This document shows, in pieces, positions 49,326 through 58,581 of a DNA stretch of 64,000 nucleotides (position 1 is the first letter of the stretch; the number at the start of each line of letters is the position of its first letter). The stretch is from an uncultured Gammaproteobacteria bacterium. GTDB taxonomy: Bacteria; Patescibacteriota; Patescibacteriia; UBA1558; S5-K13. The DNA lies in contig CAZAOE010000003.1 in assembly GCA_964486685.1 (NCBI GenBank), positions 5,306 through 69,305 of the forward strand. Reading direction: 5' to 3'. The notes below the pieces were generated by a model, which saw only the letters and a list, made by a program, of their open reading frames with translations, was not told where the DNA came from and searched no databases. The translations under genes were made by a program, and so were the position numbers.

Positions 49326-50516
49326 ATGAACAGAAAAATGAACAGAAATAAAAATAAAAAATACGATGTTATTATTTTTAATATGTCTAGCCATACTGAG
49401 TGGATTAAGGGCATTAGTAATAGAAATTTTCATATTATTGATCATTTAAAAAACAATCCTAAAATAAATAGAATCTTGGCTGTTGATTATTTGCCCCATA
49501 CCTGGAAAAGGTTTTTAAGAAATTTTTATGAAAATATTATTAATACCCCGCCTGGAAAAACTCTTAAAATTAGTCCCTTAACTCGCATCTATCAGCCCGA
49601 AGAAAAAATAATTGTTTATTCTACTATTAAAAATAAGATTAATTTAAATAAAACCTTAGAGGAAATTAATCTTTTTGCCCAAAAACAAAATTTTAAAAAT
49701 ATAATTCTTTGGTCTAATTATCCTTTAATCACCAAACATTTTGATTTAATTGAACATCAGGTCTCGGTTTTTGATACTATAGATAATTGGTCTGAACATG
49801 CCAGTTATCAAAAATTTAAAAAAGAATTAAAACAAAATTATCAAATCATTAAAGACAAGGCCGATATTATTTTTATTTTAGCCAAAGATTCAAAAAAAAT
49901 ATTTTATCCTCGCAAAGAAAATATCTATCAAATTACTCAAGGAGTAGACTTGGTTCATTACCAAAACAAGAGTAAACTTATAAATAATGACATTGCTCGC
50001 TTGCCTCATCCAATTATCGGCTATGTCGGTATTATTCAAGAAAATAGAATAAATTTTCCCTTAATAGAATATTTAGCTCAAAAAAATCCTGACAAATCTT
50101 TGGTTTTAATTGGGCCGATTTGGCGCAAAGAGGATGAAGAAAGATTAAAAAAACTACCAAATATTTATTTATTAGGAGCTAAGAGTTATGCCGAAGTACC
50201 AAATTATATTCAACAATTTGATGTGGGCATTATTCCCCATTTAGTAAATGAATTTATTAAATATACCTGCCCCATGAAATTATATGAATATATGGCTTGC
50301 GGAATTCCCATAGTTACTACTGATACTCCCGGCGTAGAACAATTTGCTGATTATATAAAAATTACCAATGATTTTGAAAAATTTAATGAATTTGTACAGC
50401 AAGAATTAAATACTGATTCTGGAGAAAAGAGAAATGAAAAATTACAAATTATTAAAGAACATACCTGGGCAAAAAAAATAGACCAAATGTTAAATTATAT
50501 AGAAGAAAAATTATGA
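49326..50516 (+). CDS. Glycosyltransferase (GT-B, TuaH-like)
   Basis: D.IDNW, GVD, IIGYVG, P.KLYEY.A.G.P.V. Confidence 0.85.
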   Translation: MNRKMNRNKNKKYDVIIFNMSSHTEWIKGISNRNFHIIDHLKNNPKINRILAVDYLPHTWKRFLRNFYENIINTPPGKTLKISPLTRIYQPEEKIIVYSTIKNKINLNKTLEEINLFAQKQNFKNIILWSNYPLITKHFDLIEHQVSVFDTIDNWSEHASYQKFKKELKQNYQIIKDKADIIFILAKDSKKIFYPRKENIYQITQGVDLVHYQNKSKLINNDIARLPHPIIGYVGIIQENRINFPLIEYLAQKNPDKSLVLIGPIWRKEDEERLKKLPNIYLLGAKSYAEVPNYIQQFDVGIIPHLVNEFIKYTCPMKLYEYMACGIPIVTTDTPGVEQFADYIKITNDFEKFNEFVQQELNTDSGEKRNEKLQIIKEHTWAKKIDQMLNYIEEKL

Positions 50517-52219
50517 ATTTTGAACTAAAAATAAAACAATTACTAAAAAAAGAGGTCAAATTAGAAAAAATAATTTTGGAAACTCCGCTCAATCCAGAAC
50601 TAGGGGATTTTAGTTTTCCTTGTTTTCAACTAAGTGAAAAATTGCCAAAGGTCTCGACCGCAGTGGAGAGACAAAAAAATCCATCAGAAATAGCCCAAGA
50701 ACTAGAGAAAAAAATACCTTCAGCAAATTTTATTAATAAAATAAAGGCCAATGGTCCATATTTAAATTTCTTTATAGATTATAAACTTTGCGCTCCAGAA
50801 ATTTTAACAAAAATATATAAAGAAAAAGAAAATTATGGAAAACTTAAAATCGGCCAAAATAAAAAAATTGTTTTAGATTATTCAGCTCCTAATATTGCTA
50901 AGCCCCTTAGCATCGGTCATCTCAGAAGTACAATTATTGGCCAAGCGCTTTACAATATTTTTAATTTTTTAGGATATAAATCAATTGGCGTAAATCATCT
51001 TGGCGATTGGGGGACTCAATTTGGAAAATTAATTTATGCTTACAAAAAATGGGGCAATGAAGCAGAATTAAAAAAAAGCCCCATCAAATATCTATTATCT
51101 TTATATATAAAATTTCATGAGGAAGCAGAAAAAGATGAAGCATTAGATGACCAAGCCAGAGAAGAATTTAAAAAATTAGAAAACAAAAATCCGCAAGTGA
51201 CAAAACTTTGGAAAAAATTTAGCAAGCTAAGTTTAAAAGAGTTTAATAAAGTATATAAAATTTTAAATATAAATATTGATTATAATACCGGTGAATCGTT
51301 TTATAATAATAAATTAGAAAAGGCCATACAAAAAGTAAAAGAAAAAATTGCCACTAAAAAATCTCAAGGCGCTTTAATTGTTGACTTGGAAAAATATAAA
51401 ATGCCTCCGGTATTATTGAAAAAATCTAATGGCACCAGTACTTACCATACTCGTGATTTAGCTACTGCTTTCTATCGACTTAAAAAATTTAAACCAAAAA
51501 AACTTTTATATGTAGTTGGTTCTGAACAAAAATTACATTTTGAACAATTATTTAAGGTCTTAGATTTAATGGGCTTAAATAATGATAAATTCATTCATGT
51601 TGATTTTGGCTTATTTAAATTTCCAGAAGGTAAAATGTCAACTCGTGAAGGCAAAATTATCTTTTTAGAAGATGTGATAAATAAATCCATCAAACTAGCA
51701 ACTAAAATTATTAATGAGAAAAATCCTGACCTCGAAAATAAAGCAGACATTGCTAAAAAAGTTGGCGTTGGCTCTTTAATTTTTGGAGATTTAAAAAACG
51801 ACCGCACTAAAAATATAGAATTTAATTGGGACAGAATTTTATCTTTTGATGGGGAAACCGGAGCTTATTTGCAATATACATATGCTCGTTCCTGTAGTAT
51901 TATTAAAAAAGCCAAAATTAAAATTAGTCCTAAAATAAATTTTAATGTTATTAAAGAAAAAGAAGAACTTAAACTAATTAAAAGATTAAATTCTTTTTCT
52001 GATGCTTTAATTAAAGTTTCAGAAACATATCAACCCTATCATTTAGCTCAATATCTAATTGAGTTGGCTAAAGAGTATAATGAATTTTATAACAATTGTA
52101 AAGTAATTAACAAAGACAAAGAAATAATGAAAATGCGCTTATTATTAGTAAGCTCAGTTAAGCAAGTTTTAGCTAATGGTCTTAAGCTTTTAGGAATAGA
52201 AGTGGTTGAGGAAATGTAA
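50513..52219 (+). CDS. argS: Arginine--tRNA ligase carrying a 27-bp insert
   Basis: DYSAPNIAKPLSIGHLRST, HLGDWGTQFG, KMSTREG, YLQYTYAR. Confidence 0.96.
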   Translation: MNFELKIKQLLKKEVKLEKIILETPLNPELGDFSFPCFQLSEKLPKVSTAVERQKNPSEIAQELEKKIPSANFINKIKANGPYLNFFIDYKLCAPEILTKIYKEKENYGKLKIGQNKKIVLDYSAPNIAKPLSIGHLRSTIIGQALYNIFNFLGYKSIGVNHLGDWGTQFGKLIYAYKKWGNEAELKKSPIKYLLSLYIKFHEEAEKDEALDDQAREEFKKLENKNPQVTKLWKKFSKLSLKEFNKVYKILNINIDYNTGESFYNNKLEKAIQKVKEKIATKKSQGALIVDLEKYKMPPVLLKKSNGTSTYHTRDLATAFYRLKKFKPKKLLYVVGSEQKLHFEQLFKVLDLMGLNNDKFIHVDFGLFKFPEGKMSTREGKIIFLEDVINKSIKLATKIINEKNPDLENKADIAKKVGVGSLIFGDLKNDRTKNIEFNWDRILSFDGETGAYLQYTYARSCSIIKKAKIKISPKINFNVIKEKEELKLIKRLNSFSDALIKVSETYQPYHLAQYLIELAKEYNEFYNNCKVINKDKEIMKMRLLLVSSVKQVLANGLKLLGIEVVEEM

Positions 52220-52291
52220 ACCATTAACTTGAAATTTTAAACTAAACAAAAAAGAGTAAAAAAATAATTCACTCTTTTAAAATTTCTGAAA

Positions 52292-52660
52292 TCAATTTCT
52301 TCTTTTAAATTTACCTAAATCTCTCAAAAAATCTCGCAAAAACCTTATTGCCTCAGAACAATTATGATAAGAATCTTTTTGTTCTTCTTTTAAATAATTA
52401 CCTCCTATACCTATTTCTTCTCCAGTACTAACTTTTTCTCCCAACATATCATTTCCTATTTTTTCTAACTTTTCAATGTAATCATTAACCGCTCTTTCAA
52501 CTTCTGAAACCCCCACAATCTCTTCATTAAGCTTATCAATTAGTTCTTTGGCTGTTAATTCTCCATTTACAATATCATTAAGCCTACCATTAAAAATTTC
52601 TTTAATATTATCCTCTGCATGATTAATGGCTTCCATGGCCTCGGCGGGTAGTCCACACAT
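52292..52660 (-). CDS. Hypothetical protein
   Basis: 122-aa helical ORF between argS and gatB. Confidence 0.6.
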   Translation of the reverse strand: MCGLPAEAMEAINHAEDNIKEIFNGRLNDIVNGELTAKELIDKLNEEIVGVSEVERAVNDYIEKLEKIGNDMLGEKVSTGEEIGIGGNYLKEEQKDSYHNCSEAIRFLRDFLRDLGKFKRRN

Positions 52661-52764
52661 AGTTTTGATTTGATTAATTATTAAATTTATATTATGTTAT
52701 AATAAATATATAATAAAAAATTAAAAAAGGCAATATAACAATTTAACAATATAACAATATAGCA

Positions 52765-54264
52765 ATGAATTTAGAACCAGTCATTGGATTAGAAATACAT
52801 GTGCAATTAAAAACAAAATCTAAAATGTTTTGTGGTTGTTCTAATGATGCCGAAAACAAAGAACCCAATACTTTAATTTGTCCAATTTGTACTGGCCATC
52901 CTGGTGCTTTGCCAATTTTAAATCAAGAAGTGGTTAATTGTGGTATTAAGTTGGCCTTAGCTTTAAATTTAAAAATAAATAAAAAATCTGTCTTTGAAAG
53001 AAAATCGTATTTTTATCCTGATTTACCTAATGGTTATCAAATATCTCAATTTGAACATCCATTATCGACAGAAGGGCATTATGTTTTAAAAACAGGAAAA
53101 GAAAAAATCCGAATTGGTATTGAAAGATTACATTTAGAAAACGATGCTGCTAAAAATATTCATCAAGCAGATAATAGCTTAATTGATTTTAACCGCGCTG
53201 GCACACCTTTAGCTGAAATTGTCACTAAGCCAGATATTAAAACACCACTTCAAGCTAAAAATTTTCTACAAGATTTAAGAAGAATTTGCCGTTATTTAGA
53301 AATTTCTGATGCTGACATGGAAAAAGGACAATTAAGATGTGATGTTAATATTTCGTTAAGACCGCATGGAGATCAAAGCTTATATCCAAAAACTGAAATA
53401 AAAAATCTTAACTCTTTTAAGTCAGTAGAGAGGGCCTTAGAATATGAAATTAAAAGACAAAACGAGCTTTGGAATAAAAATAATGCTCCCAAAGAAGAGA
53501 CCACTCGTGGCTGGAATGATTCCCAGCAAATTACTGAATTACAGAGGTCAAAAGAAATGGCTAATGATTATCGTTATTTTCCAGAACCAGATTTACCTGA
53601 ATTGATTATAGATAAAAAATTAATTACTAAAATAAAAAATGAAATTCCAGAGCTTCCCAATGCTAAAAATGAAAGATTTATTAAAGAATATGAATTAACT
53701 TCACAAGATGCTGAAATTTTAACAGACAATAAAAAGATTAGTGAATATTTTGAAAAAGTGGTCTCTGAATTTAGAGAATGGCTGATATCAGAAGTGGAAA
53801 GTACTCGCGAAACCGAAAATGAAATTTGGGAAAATAATAAGAAAAAATCTATAAAATTAATTAAAGGCTGGATTACTTCTGAATTATTTAAATTAATGAA
53901 TGAATCTGCAATTACAATAGAGGAATTAAAAATAACACCAGAAAATATGGGAGAATTTATTAAGACGATTTATTTATCAAAAGTAAATAGCTCTAATGCT
54001 CAAAAAATATTAAAAATCATGTTTGATGAAGGCGGCGACCCCTCCCAAATAATAGAACAAAATGATTTGGGACAAGTCAGTGATAAATCAAAAATGGAAA
54101 AACTAGTTGAAAATATTATTAAAAATAATCCTGAACAAGTTGAGCAATATCAAAATGGCAAAGAAAATCTAATTAAATATTTTGTGGGTATGTTAATGAA
54201 AAAAACCAATGGCAAGGCTAACCCCAGAATAGGAGAAGAATTATTTAGAGAAAAATTGAAATAA
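52765..54264 (+). CDS. gatB: Asp/Glu-tRNA amidotransferase subunit B
   Basis: VIGLEIHVQL, YFYPDLP..YQISQ, DFNRAGTPL.EIV, DYRYFPEPDLP. Confidence 0.97.
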   Translation: MNLEPVIGLEIHVQLKTKSKMFCGCSNDAENKEPNTLICPICTGHPGALPILNQEVVNCGIKLALALNLKINKKSVFERKSYFYPDLPNGYQISQFEHPLSTEGHYVLKTGKEKIRIGIERLHLENDAAKNIHQADNSLIDFNRAGTPLAEIVTKPDIKTPLQAKNFLQDLRRICRYLEISDADMEKGQLRCDVNISLRPHGDQSLYPKTEIKNLNSFKSVERALEYEIKRQNELWNKNNAPKEETTRGWNDSQQITELQRSKEMANDYRYFPEPDLPELIIDKKLITKIKNEIPELPNAKNERFIKEYELTSQDAEILTDNKKISEYFEKVVSEFREWLISEVESTRETENEIWENNKKKSIKLIKGWITSELFKLMNESAITIEELKITPENMGEFIKTIYLSKVNSSNAQKILKIMFDEGGDPSQIIEQNDLGQVSDKSKMEKLVENIIKNNPEQVEQYQNGKENLIKYFVGMLMKKTNGKANPRIGEELFREKLK

Positions 54265-54318
54265 AATTTTTTAAAAATAAAAAGGGCGGATATTGATAAT
54301 CCGCCTTTTAAATTTAAG

Positions 54319-54777
54319 TTATGTTCTTATTTTTACCCCATCAATAAGGTATTTTTTTTCACAAAAGCAACACTCCACTTCAATGCCATGATCTCCTTTG
54401 TCCACTTTGAAATTAGTATTCACGTCTTCAATATTAGTAATGCAGTTAGGATTAGGGCAAATTATAAAATTATGCACTGAAGCTGGAAGAACTACTTTTC
54501 TCTTTTCTACAACTTCTCCCTCCTTAATAATGGAGATGGTGGCATTGGGAGCCACTAAAGCAATAAGATTAGATTCTTGAGAGCTTAGTTCTCGACCCTC
54601 AATTTTAATCATGTCTTTCTTTTCTATGGCTTTACTATCTAGATTACAGGCCATAATCCACATATTAAAAAAATTTTCTAATCCCAATATCCGAGATACC
54701 TTACCAGCTCTTCCGGCCTGAATATGATCTATGACTGTACCATTTTCCAATGGCTTGACTTGTAGCGCTTTTCTCAT
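54319..54777 (-). CDS. pyrI: Aspartate carbamoyltransferase regulatory subunit
   Basis: NGTVIDHI, KKD.IKIE, AP.AT, CPNPNCIT, C.FCE. Confidence 0.93.
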   Translation of the reverse strand: MRKALQVKPLENGTVIDHIQAGRAGKVSRILGLENFFNMWIMACNLDSKAIEKKDMIKIEGRELSSQESNLIALVAPNATISIIKEGEVVEKRKVVLPASVHNFIICPNPNCITNIEDVNTNFKVDKGDHGIEVECCFCEKKYLIDGVKIRT

Positions 54778-55685
54778 TATACACCCCCTAAAAGAGTTTT
54801 AATGATGGCTTGACGAACAAATACACCATTCTGAGCTTGCTGAAAATAATATGCGTACTTTGTATCATCAACATCAGTAGACAACTCATCCACTCTCGGA
54901 AGAGGATGTAAAACCTTTAAATTAGATTTAACATGAGTAAGCATTTCTTCGCTTAAGCAATAAGAACCCCTAACTTTTTCATAATCTTCTGAAGAAGCAA
55001 ATCTTTCCTTCTGAATCCTGGTGACATATAAAATGTCTAAATCGTTTAGTAAATTGGGTTTCATGTCTTCGTCGTATTCACCAAAAATTATTTTTCTTTT
55101 CTTTAAAAAAGATTGAATATTTTCTGGAATTTTCAAAAAACCTGGAGAAAAAAATTTAAATTCCGGATCAAACAAAGACATGGCTTGAACTAAAGAATGG
55201 ACTGTGCGACCAAACTTTAAATCACCAGCAATTCCAATTTTTAAATTCTCTAATTTATTTTGAGTCTTCAAGATAGAATAAAGATCTAACAAAGCTTGAG
55301 TTGGATGTTGATTAGCTCCATCACCAGCATTTACTACTGGAATTTCTACAATTTCAGATGCATAACGAGCTGCTCCCTCAATCGGACTACGCATAATAAT
55401 AATGTCAGCATATTGAGCAATGGTCTTCAGGGTATCAGCAAAAATTTCTCCTTTTTTGGTAGAGGTATTATCAACACCACTCATAATAATTGTCTCACCA
55501 TTCATCCGCTTCATGGCCGTATCAAAAGAAAACATCGTTCGAGTAGAGGGTTCAAAAAAAAGTAAAGCTGCCACTTTTCTTTGCAAATCAACACTGTCTG
55601 GATTTTCCTCTATCTGAAAAGCTAATTGTAAGAGATTTAAAATCTCTTTTTTCGATAAATCTTGCATTGAGATTAAATTTTTCAT
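54777..55685 (-). CDS. pyrB: Aspartate carbamoyltransferase catalytic subunit
   Basis: FFEPSTRT, NAGDGANQHPTQALLD, GDLKFGRTVHS, HPLPR. Confidence 0.96.
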   Translation of the reverse strand: MKNLISMQDLSKKEILNLLQLAFQIEENPDSVDLQRKVAALLFFEPSTRTMFSFDTAMKRMNGETIIMSGVDNTSTKKGEIFADTLKTIAQYADIIIMRSPIEGAARYASEIVEIPVVNAGDGANQHPTQALLDLYSILKTQNKLENLKIGIAGDLKFGRTVHSLVQAMSLFDPEFKFFSPGFLKIPENIQSFLKKRKIIFGEYDEDMKPNLLNDLDILYVTRIQKERFASSEDYEKVRGSYCLSEEMLTHVKSNLKVLHPLPRVDELSTDVDDTKYAYYFQQAQNGVFVRQAIIKTLLGGV

Positions 55686-55779
55686 CTCAACCTCCTATAT
55701 TTGATTTTTAAATTTGCTCAAAAAAAATACCATTATATTTATAGTATTTTTTTTAATTATACAGGGTTTTTAAAAGAAG

Positions 55780-58134
55780 TCAATTTTTTAAAAATCTCTT
55801 TACCAATTTTTCTGCTTCTTGAATATTTTTAACCCAGACAATATCTTTCCTTTTCTTAAACCAGGTTAATTGCCTTTTAGCAAAATGATGGATGTCCTTA
55901 GATAAGTTTTGAAATAATTCCTGCTCATTAATTTCTTTTTTTAGGTATTTGGCTATCCAACGATATTCTAACCCAAAATCAGCTAAACGCTTCCAAGAGA
56001 CCCCATTTTTTCGCAAATTTCGCACCTCTTGAACCATTCCTTGTTTTTCCAAACGATATTTTAACCGCTTATCAATGCATTTATAAATTATATCTTTATC
56101 CCAATACTTATTATTAAATTGTGTGGATTTATCCCCACCACCTTTCTTGAGGTGTGGGGATTTATCATGCTTTATACCTAAAATCAAAATGTCTAAATCT
56201 GGTTTTTTCTTTTTCATTTTAGTAATAGAATTACCGCTTTTAGCTATTTCAATCGCCCGGATTATTCTTCGCAAATTATTTACATCTATAGTTTTAAAAG
56301 CTTTGGGGTCTAATTTCTTCAACTTATTTTGCAATTGTTTTAAAGATAATTTATTCAACTGAGCTCTTAATTTTTTATCTATTTTTATATCTTCTAAAAC
56401 ATAACCATCAATAATTGAATTCAAATACAAACCTGTCCCGCCAACTAAAATTGGTAATTTACCTTGCTGATTTAATTCTTCAATCTTTTCAAAAGCTAAT
56501 TTTTGCCAATCTTTTAAAGTAATTTGCTCTTTAGGATTAGCAATATCTATCAAATGATAAGAAATGCCTTTGTAATCTCCCAAATCCTTACCAGTCCCAA
56601 TATCCATTCCTTTATAAACTTGCCGTGAATCAGCTGAAATTATTTCTCCTTTAAACTTCTTAGCTAAATCAACTCCAATTTTTGTTTTTCCACAAGCAGT
56701 GGGACCGAGGACTACTACTAATTTATTTCTAACTTTCTCAGCTTCCATACTCCAATTCAAGGCACCAGTAATCTTAACATTAATAAATTTACCCAGCACC
56801 TTTTTATCCAAAATGGTGCTGGGTTTACCCAAATCTTCTTTTTGAACATTTTTAACTCTTACCGTCTCATTATTTTTCATTTTAGCCACAGCAATATTAC
56901 TCTTAACGCTTTGCACTAAAACTCTCTCTGTACTTCCAACAAATTTCTTGTTTTTCTGAGCTGATATTTGAGCAACTGCTTTAGTAACTTCTTCATCCCG
57001 AGCTCTTTTTTCTTTTTGAGTAATTTCATCTTCATAAATCTTAGCTGATACTGCACCTGGACGAGGAGAGTAGAGTCCAGTAAAAATTGAAGTAAATTTA
57101 CATTTTTTCACAGCTCGTAAAGAATCTTGAAAATCTTTTTTAGTTTCCTTTGGAAAACCAAGAATAATATCAGTAGTTAAATTAGCTTCTGGAATATATT
57201 TATAAATCTGCTCAACTATCTTATAAAACTGTTTCAGATCATATTTCCGATTCATTAATTTCAAAATTTTGTCACTTCCGGATTGTAATGGTAAATGGAT
57301 ATGCTTGGAAATATTATCATATTTAGCAATAACTTTAATTAATTTTAAATCAAATTTACTTGGATAAGGAGAAAGAAAACTAATCCAAGTATTTGGTTTT
57401 AAAATTGCTACTTGTTCTAATAAATCCGCGAAGTCCCGAACTTGCCTGCCCTGTCTTGGACCTCGACTGTGATGGAGAGGAGTTTGTCGAAGGGGTTGAT
57501 GGGCGAAGTCCCAAGCCTGTCGAGGGGCGAAGTCTTTAATCTTTGATTTCTGATCAGAATTAAGATAAGAATTAACGGTTTGACCTAATAAAATAATTTT
57601 TTTAACTTCATCACTCAAATTTTTCACTTCTTTTAATATTTTCTGAACTGAACGATTCACTTCTCGACCGCGAGTATAGGGCACAGCACAATAAGTACAA
57701 AATTGATTACAGCCATTGGATATAGGGATTAAGGCCTCAAAACTATTTTCTGCTTTAGAATTTACTTCCAAATATAAATTATTTTCCGGACAATATTGAT
57801 AATGCTTTTTATGGGCCTCAATTAAGTTTGGCAATTCTTTAATTTTAGTAATATCAATAATAATATCAAACCTATCTTGTAATTTTTTAAAATCAGTAGC
57901 CAAAACACAGCCACTTAAAATTTTAATTACCCCTTTCTTTAATTTCTTTTTATGAAAAACTCCGTAAGCTCGATCAATTGCACTTTGACGAACACTACAA
58001 GAAAGGATAGCTATAATATCTGCTTTTTCCATTTGTTCTACTTTTTCAAATCCAACTGTATCAAAAACAGTAGCCAATTTCTCTGCATCAGCTTGATTCA
58101 TCGCACAACCGAAATATCTTAAGTAGTATCTCAT
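55780..58134 (-). CDS. miaB-miaA: MiaB-like methylthiotransferase fused to MiaA tRNA dimethylallyltransferase
   Basis: FGCAMN, SCSVR, GCNQFCTYC, TRAM domain; then GPTACGKT, SADSRQVY.GMDIGTGK, VGGTGLY, AKRQLTWF. Confidence 0.9.
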   Translation of the reverse strand: MRYYLRYFGCAMNQADAEKLATVFDTVGFEKVEQMEKADIIAILSCSVRQSAIDRAYGVFHKKKLKKGVIKILSGCVLATDFKKLQDRFDIIIDITKIKELPNLIEAHKKHYQYCPENNLYLEVNSKAENSFEALIPISNGCNQFCTYCAVPYTRGREVNRSVQKILKEVKNLSDEVKKIILLGQTVNSYLNSDQKSKIKDFAPRQAWDFAHQPLRQTPLHHSRGPRQGRQVRDFADLLEQVAILKPNTWISFLSPYPSKFDLKLIKVIAKYDNISKHIHLPLQSGSDKILKLMNRKYDLKQFYKIVEQIYKYIPEANLTTDIILGFPKETKKDFQDSLRAVKKCKFTSIFTGLYSPRPGAVSAKIYEDEITQKEKRARDEEVTKAVAQISAQKNKKFVGSTERVLVQSVKSNIAVAKMKNNETVRVKNVQKEDLGKPSTILDKKVLGKFINVKITGALNWSMEAEKVRNKLVVVLGPTACGKTKIGVDLAKKFKGEIISADSRQVYKGMDIGTGKDLGDYKGISYHLIDIANPKEQITLKDWQKLAFEKIEELNQQGKLPILVGGTGLYLNSIIDGYVLEDIKIDKKLRAQLNKLSLKQLQNKLKKLDPKAFKTIDVNNLRRIIRAIEIAKSGNSITKMKKKKPDLDILILGIKHDKSPHLKKGGGDKSTQFNNKYWDKDIIYKCIDKRLKYRLEKQGMVQEVRNLRKNGVSWKRLADFGLEYRWIAKYLKKEINEQELFQNLSKDIHHFAKRQLTWFKKRKDIVWVKNIQEAEKLVKRFLKN

Positions 58135-58320
58135 AAACTTTTAACTTGAAACTTTTAACTAATTATCAATATAACCTTAAAACCTAAAAAAGTAAATGTA
58201 TATTATGACATAAAATTAACTTTTACGTATCGACCCGTCGGGTCGGGTCTAATTTGACAAAATTTCCTTAGAGCTCTAGAATTTAAATAATGAAATAAAA
58301 AATTTAATAGGAGGTTTAAA

Positions 58321-58581
58321 ATGAACATAATAACAATAATAGGAACGATAATTGGACTCATTTTTGTCTTATATGTGCTTTACTTAATAATACTTCTTGT
58401 AGGTGGTCTTGTAGGTGGAATAATAGCTGCTATTATTACATTGGCCGGTGGTGGAGCAACTCACGATGATAGTTTAAGTACACCTGGCCGGTCCTACGAA
58501 GATCGTGTGAAACCAAGCTTCGAAGATCGTATGAAAATCAGGGTACGTCATTTAGAGATTATGCAGAAATTCAAACAATGA
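58321..58581 (+). CDS. Small orphan membrane protein
   Basis: TTGACA-17-TAGAAT promoter, AGGAGG SD, terminator at about 58625-58658. Confidence 0.65.
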   Translation: MNIITIIGTIIGLIFVLYVLYLIILLVGGLVGGIIAAIITLAGGGATHDDSLSTPGRSYEDRVKPSFEDRMKIRVRHLEIMQKFKQ

